A stretch of 24,872 bases of DNA from a virus (IMGVR_UViG_2737471862_000008:1-24872); one strand, 5' to 3'; counted from the stretch's first letter, positions 1 to 8,669 are shown. The notes: generated from the sequence alone by a model not told the origin. Program-made: numbers and translations.

Positions 1-1062
1 TTCTCCCAAACCAAGGTATGCGAGAAGACCCGCTACATCCTTTCCACTCAAATTGGTAAGCGTATTGTCCAGCGGTTGTTTACCTGCCAGCGCATTAAGC
101 ATTGTCGTGGCAAAGTTCGGATCATTCCCCAGTGCCGCCGCCAGTTCGTTCAGTGTATCCAGTGCAGCAGGTGCAGAACCCACCATTCCTGCAATCGCCG
201 ATTTCACAAAAGCCGTAGTGGCAATCTGTGTATTGTTGACCGACTGCGCCGCCGTGGGGGCTGTTGGCGTTCCGGTGAGTGCCGGACTCGACAACGGTGC
301 TTTTAGTGCCAGCGCATTGTTAATGGTGGTACTGAAATTCGGATCATTGTTAATGGCTGCGGCTATTTCTTTCAGCGTGTCCAGCGTGGCTGGCGCACCA
401 TTAATAAGGGCCGTCAGTGCCGCCTGTACAAACGCAGTGGTCGCAACCTGCGTGGTATTATTCCCCGCCGCTGGCGTTGGCGCTTTGGGGGTTCCGGTAA
501 ATGTCGGGCTGGCTTTTGGCGCGTACTGTGAATGCGGGTCCGGTGCGGCAAGATGTTTTGCCATCTGATCATCCGCGTACACCTTCAGCTCCAGTGCCTT
601 GTCATCCACATACTTGCGGGTTGCCAGCACTACAGCAGGGTCGATTTTCAGGGTGATATTGTCCGTGCTGCTGGTAATCAGCACCATGCGCACGGTCTGA
701 GTGCGCCCGCTACCTTCAGCCAGTTGCGGCTTATAGCTTTCCGGGCAGTTGCCTACGGCAATCAATGCCCCGGACTCATCAAACAGACCCACTTCACGTA
801 TCCACCAACCACCCTCATTTTCAGGGATCACCTGTTCAGCAATAATCTGGCTGCTGTTCTGCGGGTCGATATAAAGCATATTCAGCGCAGCCCGGCGTTT
901 CTCATTTACCAATGCTGTCTGCTTGGCGTCCGGCGTTGGCAATGTTCCGCCGCCATCGCCGACCGCCATATGGGTAATTTTTAAAGGCACACCGAGCGCG
1001 GCGGCGCTGGCAAGTTTCGCCGCGCCAATATCCGTCAGCAGGGTATAAAATTTTGTGCTCAT
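1..1062 (-). CDS. H: Tail fibre protein H, N-terminal 354 codons; 3' end lies beyond the window start
   Basis: Minus-strand frame open from an ATG at 1062 to position 1. Translation begins MSTKFYTLLTDIGAAKLASAAALGVPLKITHMAVGDGGG..., which matches the conserved P2-family gpH N-terminus. Start overlaps the gene I stop (ATGA). Not in the ORF track because no stop falls inside the window. Confidence 0.85.
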   Translation of the reverse strand, partial: MSTKFYTLLTDIGAAKLASAAALGVPLKITHMAVGDGGGTLPTPDAKQTALVNEKRRAALNMLYIDPQNSSQIIAEQVIPENEGGWWIREVGLFDESGALIAVGNCPESYKPQLAEGSGRTQTVRMVLITSSTDNITLKIDPAVVLATRKYVDDKALELKVYADDQMAKHLAAPDPHSQYAPKASPTFTGTPKAPTPAAGNNTTQVATTAFVQAALTALINGAPATLDTLKEIAAAINNDPNFSTTINNALALKAPLSSPALTGTPTAPTAAQSVNNTQIATTAFVKSAIAGMVGSAPAALDTLNELAAALGNDPNFATTMLNALAGKQPLDNTLTNLSGKDVAGLLAYLGLGE

Positions 1063-1664
1063 GGATTCACTCTCATTGTGTCAATAACATGGACCGCCCC
1101 GCCTTCATGCGCGGTGCCGCCGGAAATAATTGTTTCGTTGATATACGGATAGATCGTGATTTCTTCGCCAAGATAGCTGGCGGCTCCCACCCAATGCGGG
1201 CCGCTGGTCTGCAGGTTGATGGACATGCCGATCATGTGACGGCTACATGGTTTGGCATCGCTTATCAGTCGCTCAAGTTCCAGATAGGTATCTTCAGTGA
1301 TGCCCTGGTCCTGCACACCAATGTCCAGACGAAACGTGCCCGGTGTTTCTCCGGTCTGCCACCACTCAATAATGCGGATCAGGAAGCCGAACGGCTCCAC
1401 CACCCGCCGTACGGCACTGGTGGTTCCTTTGTGCTGATGAATATAAAAAGCATCCTTCACTACCTGGCGTTTGACGCTTTCTGTCCAGCCCTCGTCCCAG
1501 CGATCCACAGAGAACGCCCAGGCGAGATAAGGCAGGAAACTGACCGGACAGGTTGCCGGATTCCACAAGTCACGCAGTGACACCTGCAGATCAGAAATCC
1601 CGCTACAGGTTTGCGCCAGTCGGCGCTCCAGTGGCGTTGAACCCGGTGGCAGCAGACTATTCAT
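1059..1664 (-). CDS. I: Baseplate assembly protein I
   Basis: 201-aa ORF in the P2 position between J and H, with an MNSLLPPGS..LERRLA N-terminus typical of gpI. Overlaps J by 8 nt. Confidence 0.8.
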   Translation of the reverse strand: MNSLLPPGSTPLERRLAQTCSGISDLQVSLRDLWNPATCPVSFLPYLAWAFSVDRWDEGWTESVKRQVVKDAFYIHQHKGTTSAVRRVVEPFGFLIRIIEWWQTGETPGTFRLDIGVQDQGITEDTYLELERLISDAKPCSRHMIGMSINLQTSGPHWVGAASYLGEEITIYPYINETIISGGTAHEGGAVHVIDTMRVNP

Positions 1665-2565
1665 CCGTTCCCCCGTTGGTCACGCTCCACTGAGTACATG
1701 ATGCCGCCTGCGTTTTGTTCAGGACCACATCAGCCAGCGGTGAAGCCAGCTCCACACGTTGAACACCCTCAACATGCAGCGCGGCAAAAATAGCACTACG
1801 GCGAATATCCCGACCGAGCCGCGTCTGACTGGCGATGTACCTCTGCAGGCTGACTTTTGCCGCTGCCATTACCGGCTCTGCTTCCGGTCCCGGATAAAGA
1901 AAAATGGTAGCTTCCACACGGTACGGGATGATTTCTGCGCTGCGAACCGTCAGACGGTCAGCCACCGGGCGGACGTTCTCACTGTTCAGGGCTTTCTCCA
2001 CCACATCCAGCAAGTCTTTTTCTGCTGTTCCGTCGCCTTCACGACTCAGGACAGTCAGTACCACCTCTGCAGGTGCCGGACTGGTTGCACTGGCATCCGC
2101 CACCCGACCGTCGGCGCTTCGGGCATGAAATTCATAAGCGGCAGTTGGCCCCGCAACAGAAAGCCCTTCAAAGGCTGCAGGCACACGCAGGCGTAACGCT
2201 TCATCGCTTTCCATCACAGCCGCAACGGGTGGCACAGCGTCATTATCAGCAGGCGTCACCGTCAGGCGTTTCACGTTGTAGTTGGCAGCGAGCTGGTCAA
2301 GATCGCCGCCCATCGCGTAAGCCACCATCACAGCCTGCGCGGCTTCGTTAATGCGCTGGCGCAGAAGCAACTCACGGTAAGCGTTCTCCTGCAGCAATTT
2401 GGTGACGGGTTCAGATTCCAGTTCCAGCGTGCGGATCACGGCTTCCTGCTCATCTTTCGGATGAAGCACAACAAATTCGGCCTTGCGTTCGGCAAGCAGC
2501 GTCTCAAAGTCCGGCACATCGACAATCTGCGGCGCAGGCAACTGCGAAAGGTCAATCACTGCCAT
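1657..2565 (-). CDS. J: Baseplate assembly protein J
   Basis: Track ORF 1657..2604 trimmed to the internal ATG (MAVIDLSQLPAP...) preceded by AGGAG. This gives 302 aa, the same length as P2 gpJ, and the C-terminal ...VTNGGTDE resembles gpJ. Confidence 0.88.
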   Translation of the reverse strand: MAVIDLSQLPAPQIVDVPDFETLLAERKAEFVVLHPKDEQEAVIRTLELESEPVTKLLQENAYRELLLRQRINEAAQAVMVAYAMGGDLDQLAANYNVKRLTVTPADNDAVPPVAAVMESDEALRLRVPAAFEGLSVAGPTAAYEFHARSADGRVADASATSPAPAEVVLTVLSREGDGTAEKDLLDVVEKALNSENVRPVADRLTVRSAEIIPYRVEATIFLYPGPEAEPVMAAAKVSLQRYIASQTRLGRDIRRSAIFAALHVEGVQRVELASPLADVVLNKTQAASCTQWSVTNGGTDE

Positions 2566-2911
2566 TCTCTGCTCCTGTTGATACGGAAAGGGAAACAGGC
2601 ACACCGTTATTACGCCGCCCGGTCAGCCCCACCACCATTGAACCGTCAAAATTGCTTTTAATGGTGATGGAATCCAGCGTCAGCCGTGGCTCCCAGCGAC
2701 TCAGCGCCACATACACTGCCGACATGACCTGCAGGCGTAATGCCGGATTTTGTGGCTGGTCTATCAGTGTCGACAGCAGGGAACCATATTCACGACGGGC
2801 AATGCGGCAACCCTGCGGTGTCAGTAGAATGTCCCGCACCGACTGACGCAGATGGTCAATATCAGTAATGGCTTTACCGCTGGTATTGTTCATCCCGATA
2901 TAAAGCGTCAT
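2552..2911 (-). CDS. W: Baseplate wedge protein W (gp25-like)
   Basis: 119 aa with the gpW-like motif RREYGSLLSTLIDQPQNPALRLQ, in the P2 order V-W-J. Confidence 0.85.
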   Translation of the reverse strand: MTLYIGMNNTSGKAITDIDHLRQSVRDILLTPQGCRIARREYGSLLSTLIDQPQNPALRLQVMSAVYVALSRWEPRLTLDSITIKSNFDGSMVVGLTGRRNNGVPVSLSVSTGAENGSD

Positions 2912-3486
2912 ACCGGGCCTCCGGTTGTATCGCCGCCTTTCAGGACGCCAGTATGCTGATGCGCATCAACCACGATCCCGTTAGAACTCATCGCTCCGCC
3001 GCCCTGGGTAACGCCACCATTGATCACCACTTCGCTGTTAATGCGCGTGCGGTCAGCCTCCAGTACAAACTCACTGGTTTTCATGGTGATGTTGTCAGCG
3101 GCCTCAATGACCATTGATTTGATGCCTCTGACATACCAGCGCCCGGTGGCGGGTTCGTATTCAAACCAGCCACCGTCAGGATGTTCTGTCACGCAGGCGT
3201 CCGCCGACGTCGACGGTGGCGCGAACTGATTCGAATAGATGGCGGGCAGCGCAAACGCGGTTTCCAGATTGCCGCCCATGCTCAGCACCACCACCTGCTC
3301 ATCTGGCGACGGGCACCACCATGTACGGGCACCACCGGCGCGTAACGTCAGCCAGTTAATCCAGTTGGTTTCAAGCTCGCCTACCTTCACCCGGCACAGC
3401 CATTTGTTCCGGTCCACTTCGGTCACAATGCCGGTGCGGATCAGATTGGTGATAAGGCGCATAATTTCTGTGAGTTGTGCGTTCAT
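2908..3486 (-). CDS. V: Baseplate spike/hub protein V
   Basis: Track ORF 2908..3501 trimmed to MNAQLTEIMRLITNLIRTGIVTEV, which aligns with the P2 gpV N-terminus. The C-terminal glycine-rich HTG...GG tail is typical of gpV. The alternative start at 3501 cannot be excluded. Confidence 0.82.
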   Translation of the reverse strand: MNAQLTEIMRLITNLIRTGIVTEVDRNKWLCRVKVGELETNWINWLTLRAGGARTWWCPSPDEQVVVLSMGGNLETAFALPAIYSNQFAPPSTSADACVTEHPDGGWFEYEPATGRWYVRGIKSMVIEAADNITMKTSEFVLEADRTRINSEVVINGGVTQGGGAMSSNGIVVDAHQHTGVLKGGDTTGGPV

Positions 3487-3518
3487 GGTTGCAGTTTGCA
3501 TGAAATCAAAAGAAAATA

Positions 3519-5387
3519 GTGATTTTCAAATTGTATGAAGGGTCTTACAATCCAATGAATTACAATGAAGAGCTAACCTCATATCTTAATTATTTAGTGG
3601 ATCTTGAAAAACCCCCTAATTTCGCAGTAATGATTGACGGCGAATGGGGAAGCGGGAAAACATGGTTTGTCCGTAAATTAATGAATGAAGAATCACTAAA
3701 AAGGGAAGTTAAGCCATTAATGATCTCATTATATGGAATAAAATCCACCGAACAAATTGACGAAATAATTTTCAAGCAAATGCATCCCTTCCTTTCATCT
3801 AAAGGCATGTTGCTTGCTGGCACACTAACTAAGGCACTAATTAAAGGCACACTTAAGATTGATTTAAGTGATTCATTCGTTACAAGTGTAGAGGGCTCCC
3901 CAGAACTACCCAACGTAAGCATTAAAGACTTTTACTACTCACCAGAAAACACCATATTGATATTTGATGATCTTGAACGCTGCGAATTAGATTGGAATTC
4001 TATATTTGGTTATATAAATAATTTCGTTGAAGAAAAAGAATGCAAGGTTTTGATTATCGCCAATGAGAGAGAAATATTAAACCCCGCTAGAAATAAAAAT
4101 CATGATGATATTTATTTAGATGCAAAAGAAAAAGTTATAGGTATAACTTTCAAATATCAACCTCAACATTCTCACGCCTACGAATATTTTCTAAAAAATA
4201 TAACTAGCGAACTCAACACCATTCTGAACATAAAAAATATTGAGAGCTTACTCACTCTTTCAGAGTGTAATAACATTAGATTAATTGAAAGGCAAATTTC
4301 TTTTTTTGAAAGAATATTCAAAATATTACCAGCACAGTTTCAGCAAAATTCAGATTTGACACTCAGATTATATCAATTACATTTTATACTCTATTTTGAA
4401 TCTAATAAAATAAAACGAACCGTTTCTGACTTGTTAACATATAAAATAGATGATGATAATAAATACACATCCAATTTAATTGAAAAATATGGTACAACTT
4501 ATTTGTCAAATTTAATCTTAGACGAGGATACCTGGATCGATATAATTGACAATCAGAAAATCAATCAAGAAAAAATAATATCTGAATTAATAACATTTGT
4601 CAGTGTTTCTAATAAAACAATTGAACCATGGACACAACTTTGGAATTATGATCGATTAAAATACACAGAATTTGAGGAAAATTACAATTCAACACTTCAT
4701 ACGCTTATTAATTTTGAAATATTGAACGAGCATGTTCTTAAGCATATTTACGGATTATTACTTCATTTATCCAGAGAACATATAAAACCCATCAACGAAC
4801 ACTATTTAACAAACTTAGCCCACTCTGCTGTTGATATTTTAGCAGAAAAAGGAATGATACAAACTAGTTATGAAATTTTTGATGAAGACATTAAGGATGA
4901 GCGATGGGGAGGATTAACTTTTCATTGCAAAGAAACTAGGGAATTCAAGGAGCTTGTTAATTACATAGAACAAAAGAAAAATGTATTAATTGCATATCAA
5001 CTTAGCCAAGATGCTCAAAAGATATTCAAATTAATACAGTCCGGAAATCATGAATATTACGCACATCTAAATTTCAACAACAAAGATATTTATTCATTTC
5101 ACGACAAACCAGTTCTTTATTTTGGTGATGCTGAACAACTAACAAAAATGCTGATAGACTCAACCGAAATGCATTTCTTTGGCTATGCTATAAAAAACCG
5201 ATACAACAACACCCATTATCTAAAAGAGCTTTCTGCAGAGCGTTTTTTCCACCGCGAGCTAATTAGAAAGCTAATTGAAAAGAAAACTCAAATAAACTCA
5301 AATATATTATCATTACAAATCGATGAGCTCATAAATGATTGTTTAACTCCCGCAATAGATAAATTAAAGCAAAGCATTGAAAATTAA
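3519..5387 (+). CDS. KAP-family-like P-loop NTPase; AT-rich cargo gene inserted between S and V
   Basis: 622-aa ORF (start may instead be the ATG at 3555). Walker A reads GEWGSGKT, matching the KAP signature GxWGxGK[ST]; Walker B reads ILIFDDLERC, matching hhhhDDLDRC. Base composition is conspicuously AT-rich compared with the flanking tail genes. P2 has no gene at this position. Confidence 0.7.
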   Translation: MIFKLYEGSYNPMNYNEELTSYLNYLVDLEKPPNFAVMIDGEWGSGKTWFVRKLMNEESLKREVKPLMISLYGIKSTEQIDEIIFKQMHPFLSSKGMLLAGTLTKALIKGTLKIDLSDSFVTSVEGSPELPNVSIKDFYYSPENTILIFDDLERCELDWNSIFGYINNFVEEKECKVLIIANEREILNPARNKNHDDIYLDAKEKVIGITFKYQPQHSHAYEYFLKNITSELNTILNIKNIESLLTLSECNNIRLIERQISFFERIFKILPAQFQQNSDLTLRLYQLHFILYFESNKIKRTVSDLLTYKIDDDNKYTSNLIEKYGTTYLSNLILDEDTWIDIIDNQKINQEKIISELITFVSVSNKTIEPWTQLWNYDRLKYTEFEENYNSTLHTLINFEILNEHVLKHIYGLLLHLSREHIKPINEHYLTNLAHSAVDILAEKGMIQTSYEIFDEDIKDERWGGLTFHCKETREFKELVNYIEQKKNVLIAYQLSQDAQKIFKLIQSGNHEYYAHLNFNNKDIYSFHDKPVLYFGDAEQLTKMLIDSTEMHFFGYAIKNRYNNTHYLKELSAERFFHRELIRKLIEKKTQINSNILSLQIDELINDCLTPAIDKLKQSIEN

Positions 5388-5412
5388 AACAAAGCCCAGA
5401 TCGCCACTGGGC
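5386..5412 (-). terminator. Putative rho-independent terminator of the O-to-S late operon
   Basis: Hairpin GCCCAG-ATCGCCA-CTGGGC at 5394..5412, followed on the minus strand by TTTGTTTT. Lies just downstream of the S stop and overlaps the stop of the convergent KAP gene. Confidence 0.4.
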
Positions 5413-5427
5413 AACAATATACGCAAG

Positions 5428-5871
5428 TTATGAAATACAATATATCAAAAATCTCTCAACTTCTTTTTTAATAGGCTCATTAATACCTAGCAAGCATCGT
5501 CTGGAATAATGAACTATCGGCCCACGTTTACTGACACGATCACGCAGTCCATAATGGTGAACACGGGCAATGCGCTGCACCTTACCTTCAAACTGCACGC
5601 TGGCAGAATCGGCGCTGGCGGCAGTTTTCAGGTATTTTGTGGTGCGCAGCTTCGCAAACATCTGACGTTTGATGCGGCCTTTTTTACTGCGCGCTGTTAC
5701 CCGTCGCGGCTCATAACTACTGCCATCTGGATTGCGCTGCATCCTGATGTTTTGCTGCTGTGTCCGGCGCAGCTCCTGTGCCAGTTGGCGCATCATGCGA
5801 CTTCTTGCAGCTGGCTCCAGATTCGCCAGTAAGGCACTCAGCCAGTCGTCCACTTTCTGCAGTTCAGCCAC
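5428..5871 (-). CDS. S: Tail completion protein S
   Basis: 147 aa, MAELQKVDDWLSALLANL... with RxxQQQNIRMQRNPDGS, in the P2 position after R. The last ~15 to 20 codons are encoded by AT-rich DNA. Confidence 0.8.
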   Translation of the reverse strand: MAELQKVDDWLSALLANLEPAARSRMMRQLAQELRRTQQQNIRMQRNPDGSSYEPRRVTARSKKGRIKRQMFAKLRTTKYLKTAASADSASVQFEGKVQRIARVHHYGLRDRVSKRGPIVHYSRRCLLGINEPIKKEVERFLIYCIS

Positions 5872-6316
5872 GTTTCACCGTCCACATTTCTTCAGGTTCA
5901 TCAGGTTCCGCTATAGCTTCAACACTCGACACACTACCGTCAGTGCTGACCAGCACACGCTCCGTCAGTTGCAGGTTCAGGCTAATATCACAGACATCGT
6001 TGCGCAGAATATCCACCTCAAAGGTGAATAGTTTTTCCCGTAACGCCGGGTTATTGATGGCATCGGGCTGGTTATCCCTCAGCCACAGCAAAACCGGGGC
6101 CATCAGCAGATTCTGGTCGCCGCTGAAATCCTCAATCACCGCGTTCAGGGTGTAACGGTACTCCCACGACATGGAGCTGGCCCCCGTGGCAACCAGCGAA
6201 CCGTTATCCACAAACAGATGCAGTTTGTCCGGGTTATTGCGGACATAAGGCACCGCTTTATTGAGGGCGTGGCGCAGGGATTGTGGTTTGTTCACTGGTT
6301 CGCTCCTGACACGCAA
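5864..6316 (-). CDS. R: Tail completion protein R
   Basis: 150-aa ORF between the lysis genes and S with gpR-like FVDNGS...LNLQLTERV motifs. Start uncertain; the track start may be a non-ATG codon. Confidence 0.78.
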   Translation of the reverse strand: MRVRSEPVNKPQSLRHALNKAVPYVRNNPDKLHLFVDNGSLVATGASSMSWEYRYTLNAVIEDFSGDQNLLMAPVLLWLRDNQPDAINNPALREKLFTFEVDILRNDVCDISLNLQLTERVLVSTDGSVSSVEAIAEPDEPEEMWTVKRG

Positions 6317-6548
6317 TAATCATGTCCACTTTGTCTGCACAGACCGCCCAGGCGGCCTCCGTTTCATCCAGCAACGCGTTCAGATCACCGTTAGTGCGCG
6401 GCGCTGCCTGATCCAGCCGACACGGCGTCACTCGTGGACAACCACTGACGGTAAGCTGCACCTCCGGTGAGTGTGGGGCGTTCCCGCAGCCGGATAATGT
6501 CAGCAGGCAAAGGAGTATCAGCCCAGCGGCGTAAATTCTCGTTCTCAC
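6258..6548 (-). CDS. lysC: Outer-membrane lipoprotein spanin (LysC/Rz1-like)
   Basis: 96 aa with a signal peptide and lipobox (LLTLSGC). Overlaps the 3' part of lysB in another frame, as Rz1 does with Rz. Proline-rich. Confidence 0.6.
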   Translation of the reverse strand: MRTRIYAAGLILLCLLTLSGCGNAPHSPEVQLTVSGCPRVTPCRLDQAAPRTNGDLNALLDETEAAWAVCADKVDMIIACQERTSEQTTIPAPRPQ

Positions 6549-6819
6549 GTTTCAGTTCCTCGATCCGGTGTTGTCGTTGTCTCAGCAGCGCGCTGGTCTG
6601 TTCTGCTTCGGCATAGAGCCGAGCCTGCTCCCGGTTATTGGTTTCAGTCAAAATGGACAGGCTGATAAGCTGGCTGTTGCTCTTTGCCAGTGCCTGGCTT
6701 TTGCTCTGCAGCTCGTCTGCCTGCGTGCTGATGGTCTGGCTGGCATCAGCCAGCCGCCACGTCTGCCAGCCCAGCGCCGCCAGTAATAACGCCAGCACAA
6801 CCAGCAGCAACCGGTTCAT
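6391..6819 (-). CDS. lysB: Inner-membrane spanin (LysB/Rz-like)
   Basis: 142 aa with an N-terminal transmembrane segment (LLLVVLALLLAALGW) followed by a charged coiled-coil-like region. In the P2 position after lysA. Confidence 0.7.
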   Translation of the reverse strand: MNRLLLVVLALLLAALGWQTWRLADASQTISTQADELQSKSQALAKSNSQLISLSILTETNNREQARLYAEAEQTSALLRQRQHRIEELKRENENLRRWADTPLPADIIRLRERPTLTGGAAYRQWLSTSDAVSAGSGSAAH

Positions 6820-7193
6820 GCTGCTACCTGTTGCGCCATCTGATTACGGGTGATCCAGAAGGCAATAACGGTCAGTAGATAAAAGACCAGGGTAATAGCC
6901 CACCCCGTCCAGGCGAGACTGACGACAATCAGCAATCGCATCATCCAGCTGATAAATACGTTTTCTTTTCGGGTAATTGTCTTCAGCAAAGATGCCCTCA
7001 ACTCCTGCCAGAGCGGGCCATTCTTAATTAACGCAGCCAGTGCTACCGGAATTACCGCCCATGTCAGCAAACAGGCTACCCAAACGCCGGACGCTGACAG
7101 TACCGGAAAAATCCCCTGCGGATACACCATTGCTTCGATTAACAGCGCCATCCATAACATCAGAAACAGCCCGCTGATTAATTTCTTTTTCAT
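6816..7193 (-). CDS. lysA: LysA-like membrane protein (lysis timing or antiholin-like)
   Basis: Track ORF 6816..7265 trimmed to MKKKLISGLFLMLW..., preceded by GGGAG and starting 1 nt after the K stop. Several hydrophobic segments. Confidence 0.65.
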   Translation of the reverse strand: MKKKLISGLFLMLWMALLIEAMVYPQGIFPVLSASGVWVACLLTWAVIPVALAALIKNGPLWQELRASLLKTITRKENVFISWMMRLLIVVSLAWTGWAITLVFYLLTVIAFWITRNQMAQQVAA

Positions 7194-7194
7194 T

Positions 7195-7707
7195 TCAGTT
7201 TGCTCCCTGTAAGCACCAGGCCATCTCCCGCGCACGGCGGTTATCCAGCCCCTGATTAAAAACACCTTTCACATAAACCCAGCGCGGCAACTGTCGGCAC
7301 GCATCCGCCCAGCGCCGCTGATTGAGCAATTTCACCAGCGTGGAACTACAGGCATTGCCCGTCCCCACGTTGAAGGCAAACGACACCGTAGCGTCATACA
7401 CCTTCTGCGGCGGCTGTTGCTTCACACACCTTTCCAGCGCCCGCTCCACACGCAGCACGTTGGAGATCAGCCCTTCTGCTGCCTGTCGTTCCGTGATTGT
7501 TTTGCCGGGAATGACGCCCAATGTATTACCAATGCCGTCGGTCCAGACACCCGCGCTGCACTGATACGGCTGCAGACGACAGCCTTCGTAATCGGCAATC
7601 AGTTTCAGCCCCTCCACGGAGGTGTGAAGCTGCTGAAAACCCGGCAGCGTGGCAGCAATAGCCAGCACGGCCCCGACAAGGCAGCGTTTAACGATTGATG
7701 GATTCAT
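7195..7707 (-). CDS. K: Endolysin K, lysozyme fold with N-terminal SAR-like hydrophobic segment
   Basis: 170 aa. N-terminal hydrophobic stretch LVGAVLAIAATL, then a T4-lysozyme-like catalytic region (EGLKLIADYEG ... WTDGIGNT). Confidence 0.85.
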   Translation of the reverse strand: MNPSIVKRCLVGAVLAIAATLPGFQQLHTSVEGLKLIADYEGCRLQPYQCSAGVWTDGIGNTLGVIPGKTITERQAAEGLISNVLRVERALERCVKQQPPQKVYDATVSFAFNVGTGNACSSTLVKLLNQRRWADACRQLPRWVYVKGVFNQGLDNRRAREMAWCLQGAN

Positions 7708-7903
7708 AGTCCTCCCGCGAGATCTGCCCGTCGCGCAGAAGCTGGTAGGCTTTGTGTTTGTAGTACCAGTTGATAGCCAGCATCAGCACACCAATCATCA
7801 GGCCGCCCAGCGTTGAGGCATCCTTGATGGACAAATCGCCCAGCCAGGCCAGCACGACGGCGATGCAATACGTGATAAAGGCGCTGATTCGCTCAAGCGT
7901 CAT
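7688..7903 (-). CDS. Y: Holin (gpY-like)
   Basis: 71-aa protein with two or three hydrophobic helices and a charged C-terminus, immediately upstream of the endolysin in the P2 order X-Y-K. Confidence 0.7.
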   Translation of the reverse strand: MTLERISAFITYCIAVVLAWLGDLSIKDASTLGGLMIGVLMLAINWYYKHKAYQLLRDGQISREDYESINR

Positions 7904-7906
7904 AAT

Positions 7907-8110
7907 TCAGTCCCATAGCTGGACGGTCTGCACGGTGGTGGTGGTCGGAATATCCGGCAGCTCCACCTGCAGCCCGTGAGGTAAAAAGGGGCCGTATTCG
8001 GCAAGCCCCGGATTTGCCTTCAGTACCTGCTCCGTGACACCCTGCGTGCGCCCGTAATGACGCCAGCAAAGCGCGTCCACCGTGTCATACTGATGCGCAC
8101 GCACTTTCAT
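7907..8110 (-). CDS. X: Tail protein X
   Basis: 67 aa, the same size and position as P2 gpX (between L and Y). Start overlaps the L stop. Confidence 0.75.
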   Translation of the reverse strand: MKVRAHQYDTVDALCWRHYGRTQGVTEQVLKANPGLAEYGPFLPHGLQVELPDIPTTTTVQTVQLWD

Positions 8111-8574
8111 CAGATAAGCTCCACTGTGCAGTGCGGCGCATCCTGCACCCGGCTGATGGCCCAGCGGGCGTCACGCCACAAATCACCGCTTGCTTCCGCC
8201 AGTTCCTCGCCCCGCTTCACACCGGACGCCGTGGCGTCATAGTCCTGGTAACGTTCGTTGAGCATGGCGCGTGCCCAGCAGTAAACCGCGTTGAAATAGT
8301 GCTGAATGCGCTCACTTTTGCCGTCCAGCTGTTCCGCCGGAACCTCAGCCAGCGACACATACCCCAGCATCTGCTGACGTCTGCGAAACTCATACAGCTC
8401 TGCGTTGACCTCCGAAATTGCCGACAGTGCAACCTGCTTTAAACGCGGCTGCGTCACCGTGCCGTCAGTGCGCATCACGCTGCGAAACTCCGACAGGTCC
8501 ACATCAGGCCAGAACGGCGTATTTCTGATGATTTCCGCCTGTTCCGGTGCCTGTTCTGGCGCAACAAACTTCAT
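8110..8574 (-). CDS. L: Head completion/stabilisation protein L
   Basis: Track ORF 8110..8637 trimmed to MKFVAPEQ..., preceded by AGGAGA. Position after M and before X as in P2. Confidence 0.8.
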   Translation of the reverse strand: MKFVAPEQAPEQAEIIRNTPFWPDVDLSEFRSVMRTDGTVTQPRLKQVALSAISEVNAELYEFRRRQQMLGYVSLAEVPAEQLDGKSERIQHYFNAVYCWARAMLNERYQDYDATASGVKRGEELAEASGDLWRDARWAISRVQDAPHCTVELI

Positions 8575-8669
8575 GCTGCTTTCTCCTGAAATAGAGGGCG
8601 GTGGACGGGGTTTTGATGTGGCAGTGCCTTTCGCCACCCCGTGCCGCCCGTGCGCGGGGGCACGTTCTG

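Noticed and set aside
53-1580. Plus-strand ORFs 53..568, 76..306, 532..984 and 1053..1580
   Set aside because: They are antisense to tail fibre gene H and gene I, which have clear P2-like translations on the minus strand. The plus-strand translations are low-complexity and Ala/Ser/Cys-rich, as expected from the reverse strand of a repetitive GC-rich gene.
3590-3922. Minus-strand 110-aa ORF inside the KAP NTPase gene
   Set aside because: Entirely embedded antisense in a longer ORF that has clear Walker motifs; no RBS or motif of its own.
8575-8669. GC-rich hairpin (CGTGCC ... GGCACG) between M and L
   Set aside because: No T-tract follows on the transcribed strand, and M and L are co-transcribed in P2, so a terminator is unlikely. 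Possibly an RNA structure, but unsupported.
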